From the IMG/VR virus record IMGVR_UViG_3300023442_000003, positions 1 to 50,988 of that record: a stretch of DNA of 50,988 nt. One strand, written 5' to 3'. The translations under genes and the position numbers were made by a program. Each line of letters begins with the position of its first letter. The stretch's first letter is position 1. Origin of the DNA: a virus (Duplodnaviria; Caudoviricetes). This document shows positions 9,761 through 18,924 of the stretch, piece by piece. The notes beneath the pieces were generated by a model. It was given only the letters and a program-made list of their open reading frames with translations, was not told where the DNA came from and searched no databases.

Positions 9761-10768
9761 TCACTCGATGCGACCCTCCCGCTGTGCGGTAAAGATGTCG
9801 CGTTCAATCTGAGTGCGCTTGGCGTCATCCCCGGTATACACACCGCGCCGGACATCATCATAGAACTTGCTGATGTACTCACGAGTAACCACCGGCTCCT
9901 GCTTTGCTGCCTTCCCCCCGGTTGCGCGTCCGCGCCCCGGTGCGATCTGGCGTTCAAGCTCGGAGGACGCTGCCGCGCCTCGGTCGGGTTGAGCTTCGGC
10001 CTTCCCGTTCTGCTGCTTCCAGACATTGAAGATACTGGCAACGCGGTCGGCAGCAAAGCTGCGCTGTGCGTCGTCCAGATGCGTTTGCCGTTGCAGCCCC
10101 GTAATCGGGTCCGTGTCCAACAACCACGACTGGAAATCGGGGTCGTTGTTCACCTCCTGCCAGTCCGGCACGGCTGCCTGCAACTCCACCCAGAACCCCC
10201 GCTCGCTCGTCGCCGCCTGTGTTTGCGACAATTGCTGCATCTGGGGTACGACACTGGCACGCATCTGCTCGATCTGCTGTTCGAGCGCCGATACACGGGC
10301 CTGCGCCGCTGCGGTTTCCTCACGCGACACCCTGCGCATAACGTCGATGGAATCCCCGTATTCCTCCAAATCCTGCTCGGTTATGAGCTTCGAAGGCGGA
10401 GTATCCTGTTGTTTCGCCTCGGGTTCCTTGGCCATTGTCGCCATGAGCTGTTCAAGCTCCGCGACACGTGCCTTCAAATCCCGGTTCTCCGCGTTCACAC
10501 GCGGTATCTCGACGTTGTACTTTCCCTGCAACGAGCGGTACTTCTGCTCGAACAGGGCCTCGTTGTCCGTATTATCCTGCGCCTGCTCACTCGGCGCGGA
10601 ATCAGCAGTCACATCTTCTCCAGCAGGTACCGTATCCTCGTCCGAAGTCTCTGCGTCGTCAGCAACGCCGTCTGCGTCCTCGTCGCTGCCTTCTTCGGTC
10701 TTGGCCATGTCAGCGTAAAACTTGTCCACCGCCTCTGCCTGCTTGCGAATCTGTGCCGGTCTTGCCAT
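9761..10768 (-). CDS. Capsid scaffolding protein
   Basis: Acidic low-complexity N-terminus, coiled coil (EQKYRSLQGKYN), VPDW..VN.DP.F..WL motif; immediately upstream of the capsid gene. Confidence 0.75.
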   Translation of the reverse strand: MARPAQIRKQAEAVDKFYADMAKTEEGSDEDADGVADDAETSDEDTVPAGEDVTADSAPSEQAQDNTDNEALFEQKYRSLQGKYNVEIPRVNAENRDLKARVAELEQLMATMAKEPEAKQQDTPPSKLITEQDLEEYGDSIDVMRRVSREETAAAQARVSALEQQIEQMRASVVPQMQQLSQTQAATSERGFWVELQAAVPDWQEVNNDPDFQSWLLDTDPITGLQRQTHLDDAQRSFAADRVASIFNVWKQQNGKAEAQPDRGAAASSELERQIAPGRGRATGGKAAKQEPVVTREYISKFYDDVRRGVYTGDDAKRTQIERDIFTAQREGRIE

Positions 10769-10797
10769 CTTCAACGCTCCATCTCGGTATGCGTATC

Positions 10798-11031
10798 TCA
10801 GGAGCCGCCCGTATTCCGAGTACTGACCCCCATATCAGGGGCTTTGTCGAGTACGTCGCAGATTTCCCGCAACACCTGACATCGCCCCTGTGCCTGCTGT
10901 ATGTTATGCACGACAAGCGGCAGTTGTGCAAGCTCCGCGTTGCACCACGTCTGCACCCACTGCACAAAATGTTGGTGCCGCGCAACAATCCCCACCATAT
11001 CTTGGACCGCTTTCTGGTCTGGCCGCTTCAT
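10798..11031 (-). CDS. Hypothetical protein between portal and scaffold
   Basis: 77 aa with a QAQGRCQVL motif; coupled to the upstream ORF. Confidence 0.6.
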   Translation of the reverse strand: MKRPDQKAVQDMVGIVARHQHFVQWVQTWCNAELAQLPLVVHNIQQAQGRCQVLREICDVLDKAPDMGVSTRNTGGS

Positions 11032-11288
11032 TACCCCATACCCCGAACCACGTCTTCGAGTTCGGCTATGGCGGTGTGCGCCGCTCCCAGCATCGTGTAC
11101 CCCCCAACCATCCCGTCAAGGCCCCGCATGGCACAACCGTCAAACATGCTGGCTACAACCACCACCCCGCCGATTTCCCCGGACTCCGCCGTCTCCAGCC
11201 ATCTCCGTAGAGCCTCAACACAATCCGGCACCACAATGCGCTCGCCCGTAGGCATACCCTCCTGTAGCGGAAGTACCTCGGCCATCAT
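11031..11288 (-). CDS. Hypothetical protein
   Basis: 85 aa; ATGA overlap with the portal stop. Confidence 0.55.
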   Translation of the reverse strand: MMAEVLPLQEGMPTGERIVVPDCVEALRRWLETAESGEIGGVVVVASMFDGCAMRGLDGMVGGYTMLGAAHTAIAELEDVVRGMG

Positions 11289-13339
11289 CCTGCCCCTCCC
11301 GTGGCTCTGTTCATCACTGTATTTGCCGCCTGCCCGCCACGCGGATCGCCACCGGGCAACAACGCCTGCCCCTGTTGGGGCTGCGCTTGCGCCTGCTGCA
11401 CCTGCGGCTGACCCTTCTGCTGCGCCATTTTCTCCCGTGAGGGCACGATGTCATCGACCGGCATCTGCAACCCCTTGGCGACTTCCCGCAGCAGCGCCGC
11501 GCGCCCGTCCTTGCCGACGATCTCCATATCGACCGGATTGGCCGTGGCGTTCAGGAACTCGACCCGACGCACGTCAACCGTTTCCTTGACCGCGAGGCTG
11601 ACCGCGCCGCGCGGAACAACCTGTGCATCCCCCTTGATGGTGTTGTCCGTCGAGTAGCGCATGTTGTACACGAATTGCCGCTGCACGATTGGCTGCACGA
11701 TGTCATTGTCGATGTGCATGACGATCTGCCGAATGCCTTTCCCGGCAGACCCCATGAGCATGGACAACCCGGACGCAGTACGCCCGGCCCCCTGCACGTT
11801 AAGGTCGCCGTAGATGTACGCCGGAATCCCGCTGTGGTCGTCCGCCAGCCGGGAAAATCTATCGTATACTTCCATCAGTTCCCGCGCCCGCGACTCCGGC
11901 TGCGTAAACCGTATGGCCGGCGCACTTGACCCGAGCGGGTCGTTCATCGTCTGCCATATTTTCCATGGGTGCATCTGCGTGATGTCCTCATCCGCCGGTA
12001 TGCGATCCAGATTGACCTCGACCTGCGGCCCCGATGCCACGCCCATATTGTTGACCAGCCCGCGCGCGGCAGCGTTGCATATGCCCTGCAAGTCTGCGAC
12101 GATTTCCGGGATGCCGCGCCCCCAGAACGCCCCCGGCAGCTTGATGAAGCTGGTCTTGGCGTAGGGCTTCTCCCCGAGGGGGTCGTAGTTCAACGTCGCC
12201 TTGATGACGTAATCGCCGACCACCCACGCATTTGCATCGTACTCGCGGTCCTCGTCCGGCACCTCGGCGTCGCTCAGCCCCCACTCGCGCAACATGCGCC
12301 CGCTGATCTTCCCCCAGAACTCCAGCGCATCGTAGGTATCCGTCGGCGTGTCGTCAGCATGATGCCGCCGTTCCTCGTCCGCCTGCTCCGTCGCCAGCGG
12401 GCGCTGCACCCACGACGCCCCGTTGCCCACTTCCAGCAGCCTGCGCACGGCCTCGGCGTCATACCCCGGCACACCGACAAGCTCCGCCAAGTCCGACCGG
12501 CTCAGGCGGTGCACCTCGAACAGGTACCCATCGCGCAGGCGCGAAATCCCCGGCTCGGGGTAGATATTGAACGGGTCCACCCGCTCAAACTCCGGCCCCA
12601 GCCGCTCAACCATCCTGACCGTGGTGCTGCCATCCGCCGCCGTGGTGTACCCGAGCGTGCGCTGACGGCGCACGACCGGCCCCTTGAGAAACGCTGCCGG
12701 GTACGTCACCACGTCAGTCAGGAACTCATTGAACGCCGCCGGCCACCCGCCCTGCTGAAATTGATCCTCGATCAGCGTTTTCATGCGGTCGGCCCGCGCC
12801 TGCGCTTCCTGCATGATGGCAAGCTTCCGCTCCTGCAACGCCAGCGTCCGTATTTCCCGCATGTCGTCCGGCGACGGTGCCGTCCCCAGCGCCTGCACCT
12901 GTGCCACCACGCGGCGAGCAATGCCCGCCGCCACGCTTTCCTCTTCCCCGGGAGGCAGGGCGGGAAGCGGCGTGGGGGAGAGCGCCCACGGTGGTGACCC
13001 GTCATCGAGCAGAATATCCCGCAACCAGCTCTCCGCAGCACGGCACTTGACCTCGGTAATCATCATGTAGACTTCGGACCCGCCCTGCTTGCGTATCTCG
13101 GCCAGCTTGCCCGGCTCATACTCCCCCGTGCGCTGGCGCAGAGAGCGCAGCATGGCGTCCTCTATCGGCTGCTTCGCTTTCTTGGCGGCGTCCCATGCGC
13201 GACGCAGGTACGCCGAAAGCCCGGTTATGAGCGGGTCGTTCTGCCGCTGCTCCAGCAGGGCAGCGCGGCGCGCCGCCTCCGAGTCCATTCTGTCCAGTGT
13301 GGCGTTATCGACAACGCGTAACAGGGAAAGTCCAGCCAT
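11285..13339 (-). CDS. Portal protein
   Basis: 684 aa directly after terL; VDPFNIYP.P, FWG.GIPE and RTASGLSMLM motifs of P22-like portals; AGGAGG RBS. Confidence 0.88.
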   Translation of the reverse strand: MAGLSLLRVVDNATLDRMDSEAARRAALLEQRQNDPLITGLSAYLRRAWDAAKKAKQPIEDAMLRSLRQRTGEYEPGKLAEIRKQGGSEVYMMITEVKCRAAESWLRDILLDDGSPPWALSPTPLPALPPGEEESVAAGIARRVVAQVQALGTAPSPDDMREIRTLALQERKLAIMQEAQARADRMKTLIEDQFQQGGWPAAFNEFLTDVVTYPAAFLKGPVVRRQRTLGYTTAADGSTTVRMVERLGPEFERVDPFNIYPEPGISRLRDGYLFEVHRLSRSDLAELVGVPGYDAEAVRRLLEVGNGASWVQRPLATEQADEERRHHADDTPTDTYDALEFWGKISGRMLREWGLSDAEVPDEDREYDANAWVVGDYVIKATLNYDPLGEKPYAKTSFIKLPGAFWGRGIPEIVADLQGICNAAARGLVNNMGVASGPQVEVNLDRIPADEDITQMHPWKIWQTMNDPLGSSAPAIRFTQPESRARELMEVYDRFSRLADDHSGIPAYIYGDLNVQGAGRTASGLSMLMGSAGKGIRQIVMHIDNDIVQPIVQRQFVYNMRYSTDNTIKGDAQVVPRGAVSLAVKETVDVRRVEFLNATANPVDMEIVGKDGRAALLREVAKGLQMPVDDIVPSREKMAQQKGQPQVQQAQAQPQQGQALLPGGDPRGGQAANTVMNRATGGAG

Positions 13340-13380
13340 GCCCGCCTCCTACTTGCCCCTGCGTAGCACAGCAGAGCGCA

Positions 13381-14787
13381 TCAAGTCCACCCGGCGGAAG
13401 CCACGGCCACCACCTCCCGCCTCTGCACCCCGACGAACCCCCCGCCCCCGGCGCTGCCGATATGCAGCGCTGCGTATTGCAGGGCCTCGGCGATATGCGA
13501 ATGCTTCCCGGCCCTGCCCGTCTTGTCGATCTTGCCATTGTTGTCGAAGCGGTACCCGCCCATCATGGCCGCCTTGAGCCGCGTACAGCGGGGGTCCACG
13601 AGGAACGCGCTGTCACCATCCACCTGCCGCATGAGCAGGTCGTCCACCGAATTGAGCCGGGCACTTATGCGGTTGGTACGCGCGGGAATGACCTTGAGAC
13701 CCTCGGCCCGGATGATGTCCACCGCGCTGCGCTCATCCGTCTGCGCCCGCTGCACCCCGGCAGGGTCCACCACCACGAGCACCTGCGCGCCGGAGAAACG
13801 CTCAAGCAGCAGGGGTTTGAGCATCGTGCGCACGAACCGTTGCACCCCCATGTCGAAGCTCACCAGCTCGTCGAACAGCAGCATCCGCCCACGGGGGTCT
13901 TGCTGCGCCAGCACGGCAGCCGGCGTAAGCCCGAGGTCCATGCCCACGACGAGCGGGCGAAAGCCGTTCAATATGGGCCGGAGCGGGGACTTGGCCATGT
14001 GGTAGTCCGGGCGAAAGTACTTGTAGACCGGCATCCCGGCGGAACTCAGCCCGTACTCCCCGTCTATGTACACCCGGATGTACTCTTCGCTGCGCCCCTG
14101 CGTCGTGTAATAATCCTCGGGCAGGTTCTCCAGATTCTCCGCGTCGGGGCCGCGCCCCGAGGGCTGCTTGAATACATCCCACCCGTTGTCGTTGGCGCTG
14201 ACGCCATCCGTCGGGTCCAGATGCTCCATCTGGTAATACCACCACGTATCCATGGTCGGCGGGTTGGTATCCCCCCACATCCCGTACCACGTCGGGCCAC
14301 CATCCTTGGCCGACGGGAACCGCCCGATGCGCTTGGACATGGCGTCGATGATGTCCGGGTGGATGTCCCGGCATTCGTTGAACCACGCGAATGTCAGTTC
14401 CAGCGAGTTGAGGTTCGCCACGTCGTCGGCGTCGTCCAGCGCCCGGAACATGACCTCGCACTCCACGTCGCCGACAGCGAAGAAATACGTCTTGGTCGTG
14501 CGCATATACCGCCCGCACACCCCCGGCGGGAACCAGTCCAGAAAGGTCTTGATGGTCGTATCCTGCAACTGCCGGGCGGTCTCCCGCACCACGGCGGCGC
14601 GTGTACGTCGCTTGCCCGTATTCGCATCCGGCGCCTGCTCGGCAGCGCGTTTTATCACTTCAAAACAAGAGGTTACGGATTTCCCGGAGCCAACCGGGCC
14701 GGCCAGCACACGCATACGCGCATTTGACAACATGAACTTCTTGCATGTCGGTGCCGGTTCGAAGTCTATCTGGAGGTCAGCCATCAA
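13381..14787 (-). CDS. terL: Terminase large subunit
   Basis: Walker A GPVGSGKS, Walker B-like AWFNE, coupling motif DTNPP, nuclease GMDLG and SH.AEALQY. Confidence 0.93.
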   Translation of the reverse strand: MMADLQIDFEPAPTCKKFMLSNARMRVLAGPVGSGKSVTSCFEVIKRAAEQAPDANTGKRRTRAAVVRETARQLQDTTIKTFLDWFPPGVCGRYMRTTKTYFFAVGDVECEVMFRALDDADDVANLNSLELTFAWFNECRDIHPDIIDAMSKRIGRFPSAKDGGPTWYGMWGDTNPPTMDTWWYYQMEHLDPTDGVSANDNGWDVFKQPSGRGPDAENLENLPEDYYTTQGRSEEYIRVYIDGEYGLSSAGMPVYKYFRPDYHMAKSPLRPILNGFRPLVVGMDLGLTPAAVLAQQDPRGRMLLFDELVSFDMGVQRFVRTMLKPLLLERFSGAQVLVVVDPAGVQRAQTDERSAVDIIRAEGLKVIPARTNRISARLNSVDDLLMRQVDGDSAFLVDPRCTRLKAAMMGGYRFDNNGKIDKTGRAGKHSHIAEALQYAALHIGSAGGGGFVGVQRREVVAVASAGWT

Positions 14788-15235
14788 TCACCACCGGCTG
14801 CCGTGGCGCGGGATCGGATGCCCCGCCCAGCACTATGTTGATGCGCACCCCGGCGCCGCCGCCGCCATCCGTCCCGTCAGGTATGTCCTGCAAGCCCGCC
14901 CAGCGCACGGTGGATTTTATCAGGTCGGCCCGTACCGCCGGCGATACATCCGCGTCGTGGATCATCAGCCACGAGGTCGACAGCAGCTCTTCCGCCTGTG
15001 CCCGCGCCTTTACCCGGAAAGTAAGCCCCCGCTCCCGGACATCCACGCGGTAATCCGCCACCCGCCGAAGAAATACGCGATCCTGCTTGAACAGCGTCAG
15101 CGCGTCGTCGGAAATCCCGTACCGCTCGCGCAACTCGGCCATCGTCTCGCCGCTGCCCTCCAACGCGAGCGCCACGTCAAAAGCCAGCCGGTCGGACCAC
15201 TTCGTCGTACTCGGGGGTGCCACCATTCCCAACAT
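14777..15235 (-). CDS. Terminase small subunit (probable)
   Basis: Helical protein overlapping the terL start, with C-terminal GGGAGVRINIVLG. Start set at ATG 15235 because the longer ORF only reads through DNA repeats. Confidence 0.65.
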   Translation of the reverse strand: MLGMVAPPSTTKWSDRLAFDVALALEGSGETMAELRERYGISDDALTLFKQDRVFLRRVADYRVDVRERGLTFRVKARAQAEELLSTSWLMIHDADVSPAVRADLIKSTVRWAGLQDIPDGTDGGGGAGVRINIVLGGASDPAPRQPVVIDG

Positions 15236-15241
15236 GGCCGG

Positions 15242-15270
15242 AAGGTAGCCGCTGGCGCCGTTTTCGTCAA
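15242..15270 (-). promoter_or_regulatory. Sigma70-like promoter of the late operon
   Basis: Minus strand TTGACG-17 nt-TACCTT, ending 6 nt before ATG 15235. Confidence 0.55.
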
Positions 15271-15288
15271 GGCGCGGGCAGGGGCCAG

Positions 15289-15455
15289 GGGTATACACGC
15301 TTGGTTTTGGGGGCTGCGGGTATACACTCTTGGCTTTGGGGGCTGCGGGTATACACTCTTGGTTTTGGGGGCTGTGGACTGCGGGCTGTGGGCCGTGGAC
15401 TGGGGGCTGTGGGTATACAGTACTATACACTCTTGGTTTTGGGGGCCGTGGACTG
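15289..15455. repeat. 29-bp tandem repeats plus degenerate copies
   Basis: GGGTATACAC(T/G)CTTGG(T/C)TTTGGGGGCTG at 15289, 15318 and 15347; partial copies near 15411 and 15424. Confidence 0.9.
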
Positions 15456-15530
15456 AGATGTTTAGGACAAATAGGGGGGGCTTCGCCCCACGCCAGTCCA
15501 TGTGCCCCCCTCCGAGGTACGCCACGGCTG

Positions 15531-15594
15531 CGCTAGGCGCATATCGAGCGCGCTAGGCGCATATCGAGCGCGCTAGGCGCATATCGAGCGCGCT
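15531..15594. repeat. 20-bp perfect tandem repeat x3
   Basis: CGCTAGGCGCATATCGAGCG at 15531, 15551 and 15571. Confidence 0.95.
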
Positions 15595-15766
15595 GAAAAA
15601 CCTAATGTTTTCAGCTGGTTAGACTTCCGCAGTCTGTTGTGGGATAGATGATTTGTCCGAAACGACACGCTCTTTGAAAACTGAATACAGTCTGCCCTAG
15701 CGGGAAACCGCGATAATGGCTCCACCTGAAACGCGGCAATCATGCCGCAAACACTGGAGAGAAACT

Positions 15767-16192
15767 ATGACTGAACGCACGTATCGCCCATATGGGTCTG
15801 ACTGGGATACCAATGTCTCCATTCAGGAAGTGACCATCGGCTCTGGGGTCTTTGGGTTTGTGCCCAATGAGGACGGCGCCTACAGCGCCGACGACGTGGA
15901 AAGCATCCTCAAAGCGTTCCTCGACGCCAAGGTGAAAGTGTCCTTCTGGGCCATCTGGGCTGGTAAGGGTCTGCCGAAAATCGAGCCGGTGAACCCCGAT
16001 GAACGCCCGAAATCTCGATTCTACATCGAAACCAAGACGCTCAAATCCCTCATCAAGGCGGCCAAGACTGTTCGCCTCGTGGCGGGTAAAGGCCCGCGCA
16101 CGGCGGTCCCGAGGCTGCTGTTCGAGGTGCAGGAGTACACCGGGCGGCGCAGCGCCGGCAAGACCGAGCGTGCCAAGCCCCGGCAGCTCTGA
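15767..16192 (+). CDS. Hypothetical early protein
   Basis: GGAGAG RBS before ATG 15767; phage-like codon usage; basic C-terminus. Confidence 0.7.
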   Translation: MTERTYRPYGSDWDTNVSIQEVTIGSGVFGFVPNEDGAYSADDVESILKAFLDAKVKVSFWAIWAGKGLPKIEPVNPDERPKSRFYIETKTLKSLIKAAKTVRLVAGKGPRTAVPRLLFEVQEYTGRRSAGKTERAKPRQL

Positions 16193-16198
16193 CAACAA

Positions 16199-16222
16199 GG
16201 AAGGCGGCGCGAGCCGCCTTCC
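16199..16222 (+). other. GNRA-tetraloop hairpin
   Basis: GGAAGGCGGC-GCGA-GCCGCCTTCC, a perfect 10-bp stem between two genes, without a U-tract. Confidence 0.6.
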
Positions 16223-16243
16223 CCCAAACCAAGGAGAAACGAC

Positions 16244-16405
16244 ATGCCTGACTACAACCGCCAGATCATCGAGATCATGCGCGCGCTCGTGATGCGCGCC
16301 GCCCGCAATGAACGCATCAGCGAAGATGCACGGGCGCTGGTGCTGGCACACCGCCTCGGATGCAAGGCGCTGGTTGCCGAGATGTACCAGAACATCGCTG
16401 CATAG
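16244..16405 (+). CDS. Small hypothetical protein (53 aa, not in the ORF track)
   Basis: AAGGAG RBS; MPDYNRQIIEIMRALVMRAARNERISEDARALVLAHRLGCKALVAEMYQNIAA*. Confidence 0.65.
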   Translation: MPDYNRQIIEIMRALVMRAARNERISEDARALVLAHRLGCKALVAEMYQNIAA

Positions 16406-16412
16406 ACCCTTC

Positions 16413-16446
16413 GAAGCCCCGCCAGACCATCGGCGGGGCTTCTGTG
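16413..16446 (+). terminator. Probable terminator hairpin
   Basis: GAAGCCCCGCC-8 nt-GGCGGGGCTTC immediately after the stop at 16405; weak U-tract. Confidence 0.55.
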
Positions 16447-16624
16447 CTGCCTGCTGATGCCCACCTCAACCCCCTCGGCTAGGGTACCACCCGCCAGCGC
16501 ATGACGGCGCTCAGTCGGGCGCTCAGAGCCTCTCGGCCATGGCCTCGCCATACGTCGGGGGCATGAAGCCCACCTACGTAGCGCCGAGGATACCCCGTTC
16601 ATACCCCGACACCGTGGGGAGGCC

Positions 16625-17610
16625 GTAAGTATACACTGCGCGTACTCGCCTTAGGGTAGAAAATGTACAGTTGTGTATACTGAACTGTATATTTCCCGTT
16701 ATACGGTACTATGTATTGTTGTATCTACTAGGAAGTCATTGAAAACAAACGACATAATACAAAAACGATTGTATAGTTAGCTACAGCCCCTAAATAATAC
16801 AGTTTTAGATACTTGCTAAAGTAGAACTGGACACTATACACACCACGGGGAAAATCGTTTGGCGCCAGGGGGTTAGGTGGGGATTTCGCAGGTACCACGG
16901 ACTGTATAGTATATACTCTTATTATACAAATAGTTAGATAATACACTTTTTTTTCGTAGATACGTGTAATGTCAACTAACAAAAAGCGTAAAAAGCTCAA
17001 TGATTTCAACACCTTAGCGTTACTATACACTGTAACCCATTGAAATTCCAGCATAATCGGTTCCCGCATAGCATAACCTATTGAAATCACAAGGATTATT
17101 TATAACTATACACTGTAACCCCCTGATATTACAGCATAATCCTAAACTATACAATGGTTTATCGTTGTAAATCAATAGGTTAACCCCATCTGAAAAAGCT
17201 AACCCATTGAAATCATTACATTTTCACTAAACTATACGGAAAAAGGACCCCTGATCTACGAAAGTTTACAGTATAAACTATATAATCTAACTAATTTTGG
17301 CATTTTCTCTCGTAACCCCGTGGTACCACTGCATTTTTTCAGGCCCAAAAATGACTGAAAATCGGCCCACTGTATGCTTGTATCTACTAAGCCCGTAACC
17401 CCTTGGGGCTAAAGGCTTTTTTCACTATACACTGCTGTGTCCAGTTAGCTAACCCATTGGGATAACTGCATTATCCGAAACTATACACTAAAAATAACTA
17501 CCTAAACTGGACAGCAAAAACTATATAGTCGCGGTTTGACACCAAAAAATTTTTCCGGCAAATTCCCCGTGGCGCCGAAAAATTCCGGCACCAACAAGCC
17601 TGTATACTTA
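16625..17610. other. AT-rich non-coding region with iterated motifs (candidate origin or control region)
   Basis: Markedly AT-rich relative to the rest of the window. Repeated CTATACA and TAACCCATTG-like motifs, and a 38-bp imperfect direct repeat at 17021 and 17104. Confidence 0.6.
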
Positions 17611-17638
17611 TGGCCCACCATACACAAGGAGACACAAC

Positions 17639-17950
17639 ATGGCTTTCGAGCACCTGTTCACTGACACCCAAGCACAACCTGAGGACGAAGAATACACACC
17701 CCTTCACCAGACCGACACCCTCCATCTGATCCCGGCCTACCGCCGTGAGACCCTTACCCCCACCGATGCCGGCTATGATTGGGCCGTGGGGCGGCAGTTC
17801 GTGGTGGTTGGCCCGGAGCTGACGCCACACCGTGGCCAGCGGATTACTGTTGCCGATGTGAAGACCCTCATCCAGTGCGGCATTCGCTACATTGACATCC
17901 AGTTCAACCGTCGGTTCGGCGACAGTGTGTTGGTGGAGCTGCGTCAATGA
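17639..17950 (+). CDS. Hypothetical protein, first gene of the early operon
   Basis: AAGGAG RBS; 103 aa. Confidence 0.7.
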   Translation: MAFEHLFTDTQAQPEDEEYTPLHQTDTLHLIPAYRRETLTPTDAGYDWAVGRQFVVVGPELTPHRGQRITVADVKTLIQCGIRYIDIQFNRRFGDSVLVELRQ

Positions 17951-17997
17951 GGTATATCATGGCCCATGTCGAAGGGCGGTGCGGCGATGTTGCGTGA
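17947..17997 (+). CDS. 16-codon coupling ORF
   Basis: ATGA overlap with the upstream stop; MRYIMAHVEGRCGDVA*. Its TGA begins the first repeat cassette. Confidence 0.3.
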   Translation: MRYIMAHVEGRCGDVA

Positions 17998-18172
17998 GCT
18001 GCACTGGCCAGCCGTTGTCAGGGGCCGATGTGGCCTCTGGCCAGTACCCAAGGGCCATGACATCTGCAGCGGCGACGGTCCGCACTTCGGTGACGGCTGC
18101 ACCATGGGTCACGGCCATAGCTACGGGTTCGGTCTGCTCGATGGCCATGGTTATGGTACCAATGCCCCGTGA
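17987..18172 (+). CDS. Gly-rich repeat-family peptide 1
   Basis: MLRELHWPAVVRGRCGLWPVPKG...GHGYGTNAP*; paralog of four other copies. Confidence 0.6.
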   Translation: MLRELHWPAVVRGRCGLWPVPKGHDICSGDGPHFGDGCTMGHGHSYGFGLLDGHGYGTNAP

Positions 18173-18380
18173 ACTGCACTGGCCGGCCATTGTCAGTGGC
18201 CATGTTGGCCGTTGGCCAATACCCGAGGGGAACGGCAGGGGCTATAGCGGCCACCAGCGCTACGGCAAAGGCAGGGGCTACCGCCAAGGCAATGGCCGGG
18301 GTTACGACGGCGATGGCGGCAATGGCTACCGCTACGGCAATGGCTACCGCTACGGTAATGGCTATGGCAATGCCCCATGA
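18162..18380 (+). CDS. Gly/Tyr-rich repeat-family peptide 2
   Basis: MPRELHWPAIVSGHVGRWPIPEG...GYRYGNGYGNAP*. Confidence 0.65.
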   Translation: MPRELHWPAIVSGHVGRWPIPEGNGRGYSGHQRYGKGRGYRQGNGRGYDGDGGNGYRYGNGYRYGNGYGNAP

Positions 18381-18406
18381 ATACCAACCAACCAAGGAGA
18401 GAGAAT

Positions 18407-18691
18407 ATGAAATCCAACAAACCACACGTCGTTGTCCTGAGTGCAGGCTTCGTCTACGCTTGCAAGAAGATGGAGATCGACTTGGAGAACCGACAGGTGA
18501 CGCTCTTCGACTGCCGGTGCTGTGCCCGGTGGGACATCGACGTGGGGCTGGTGAGCCTTCTGGACGGGCCGGACGCTTCCGACAGCATCGTCTTGCAGCC
18601 CTACATCCCCATCATAACCGTGGCGTTCCACAGCTACCTGCACAGCTTCGCTGTCAGCCCGGAAGGCTGGGAAAAGCACCTTGCCCCGTGA
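18407..18691 (+). CDS. Hypothetical protein, DUF6948-like
   Basis: AAGGAG RBS. The VVVL..GFVY...VTL...RW....GL..L..GP pattern resembles, from memory, the small phage family often found next to Gly-rich ORFs. Confidence 0.55.
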   Translation: MKSNKPHVVVLSAGFVYACKKMEIDLENRQVTLFDCRCCARWDIDVGLVSLLDGPDASDSIVLQPYIPIITVAFHSYLHSFAVSPEGWEKHLAP

Positions 18692-18902
18692 ACTGCACTG
18701 GCCGGCCATTGTCAGTGGCCATGTTGGCTGTTGGTCAATACCCAAGGGTGATGGCGGTGGCTACGGCTACGGGTTCGGCTACCGCTACGGCCATTACCGC
18801 GTTGGCGAAGGCTTCGGCGGTGGCTACGGTGGCGGCTACGACTACCGCTCTGGCTACGGCAGAGGCTACCGCTACGGCTACGGCTATGACAGTGCCCCAT
18901 GA
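18681..18902 (+). CDS. Gly/Tyr-rich repeat-family peptide 3
   Basis: TTG start; (M)PRELHWPAIVSGHVGCWSIPKG...GYGYDSAP*. Confidence 0.6.
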   Translation: MPRELHWPAIVSGHVGCWSIPKGDGGGYGYGFGYRYGHYRVGEGFGGGYGGGYDYRSGYGRGYRYGYGYDSAP

Positions 18903-18924
18903 ATACCAACCAAGGAGAGAGAAT

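Noticed and set aside
15236-15430. Pro-rich N-terminal extension of terS
   Set aside because: It is a translation of 29-bp DNA repeats whose period is not a multiple of 3, and lies upstream of or across a plausible promoter.
16728-17090. 120-aa minus-strand ORF in the AT-rich tract
   Set aside because: Composition unlike the phage genes, no RBS, and it overlaps iterated DNA motifs.
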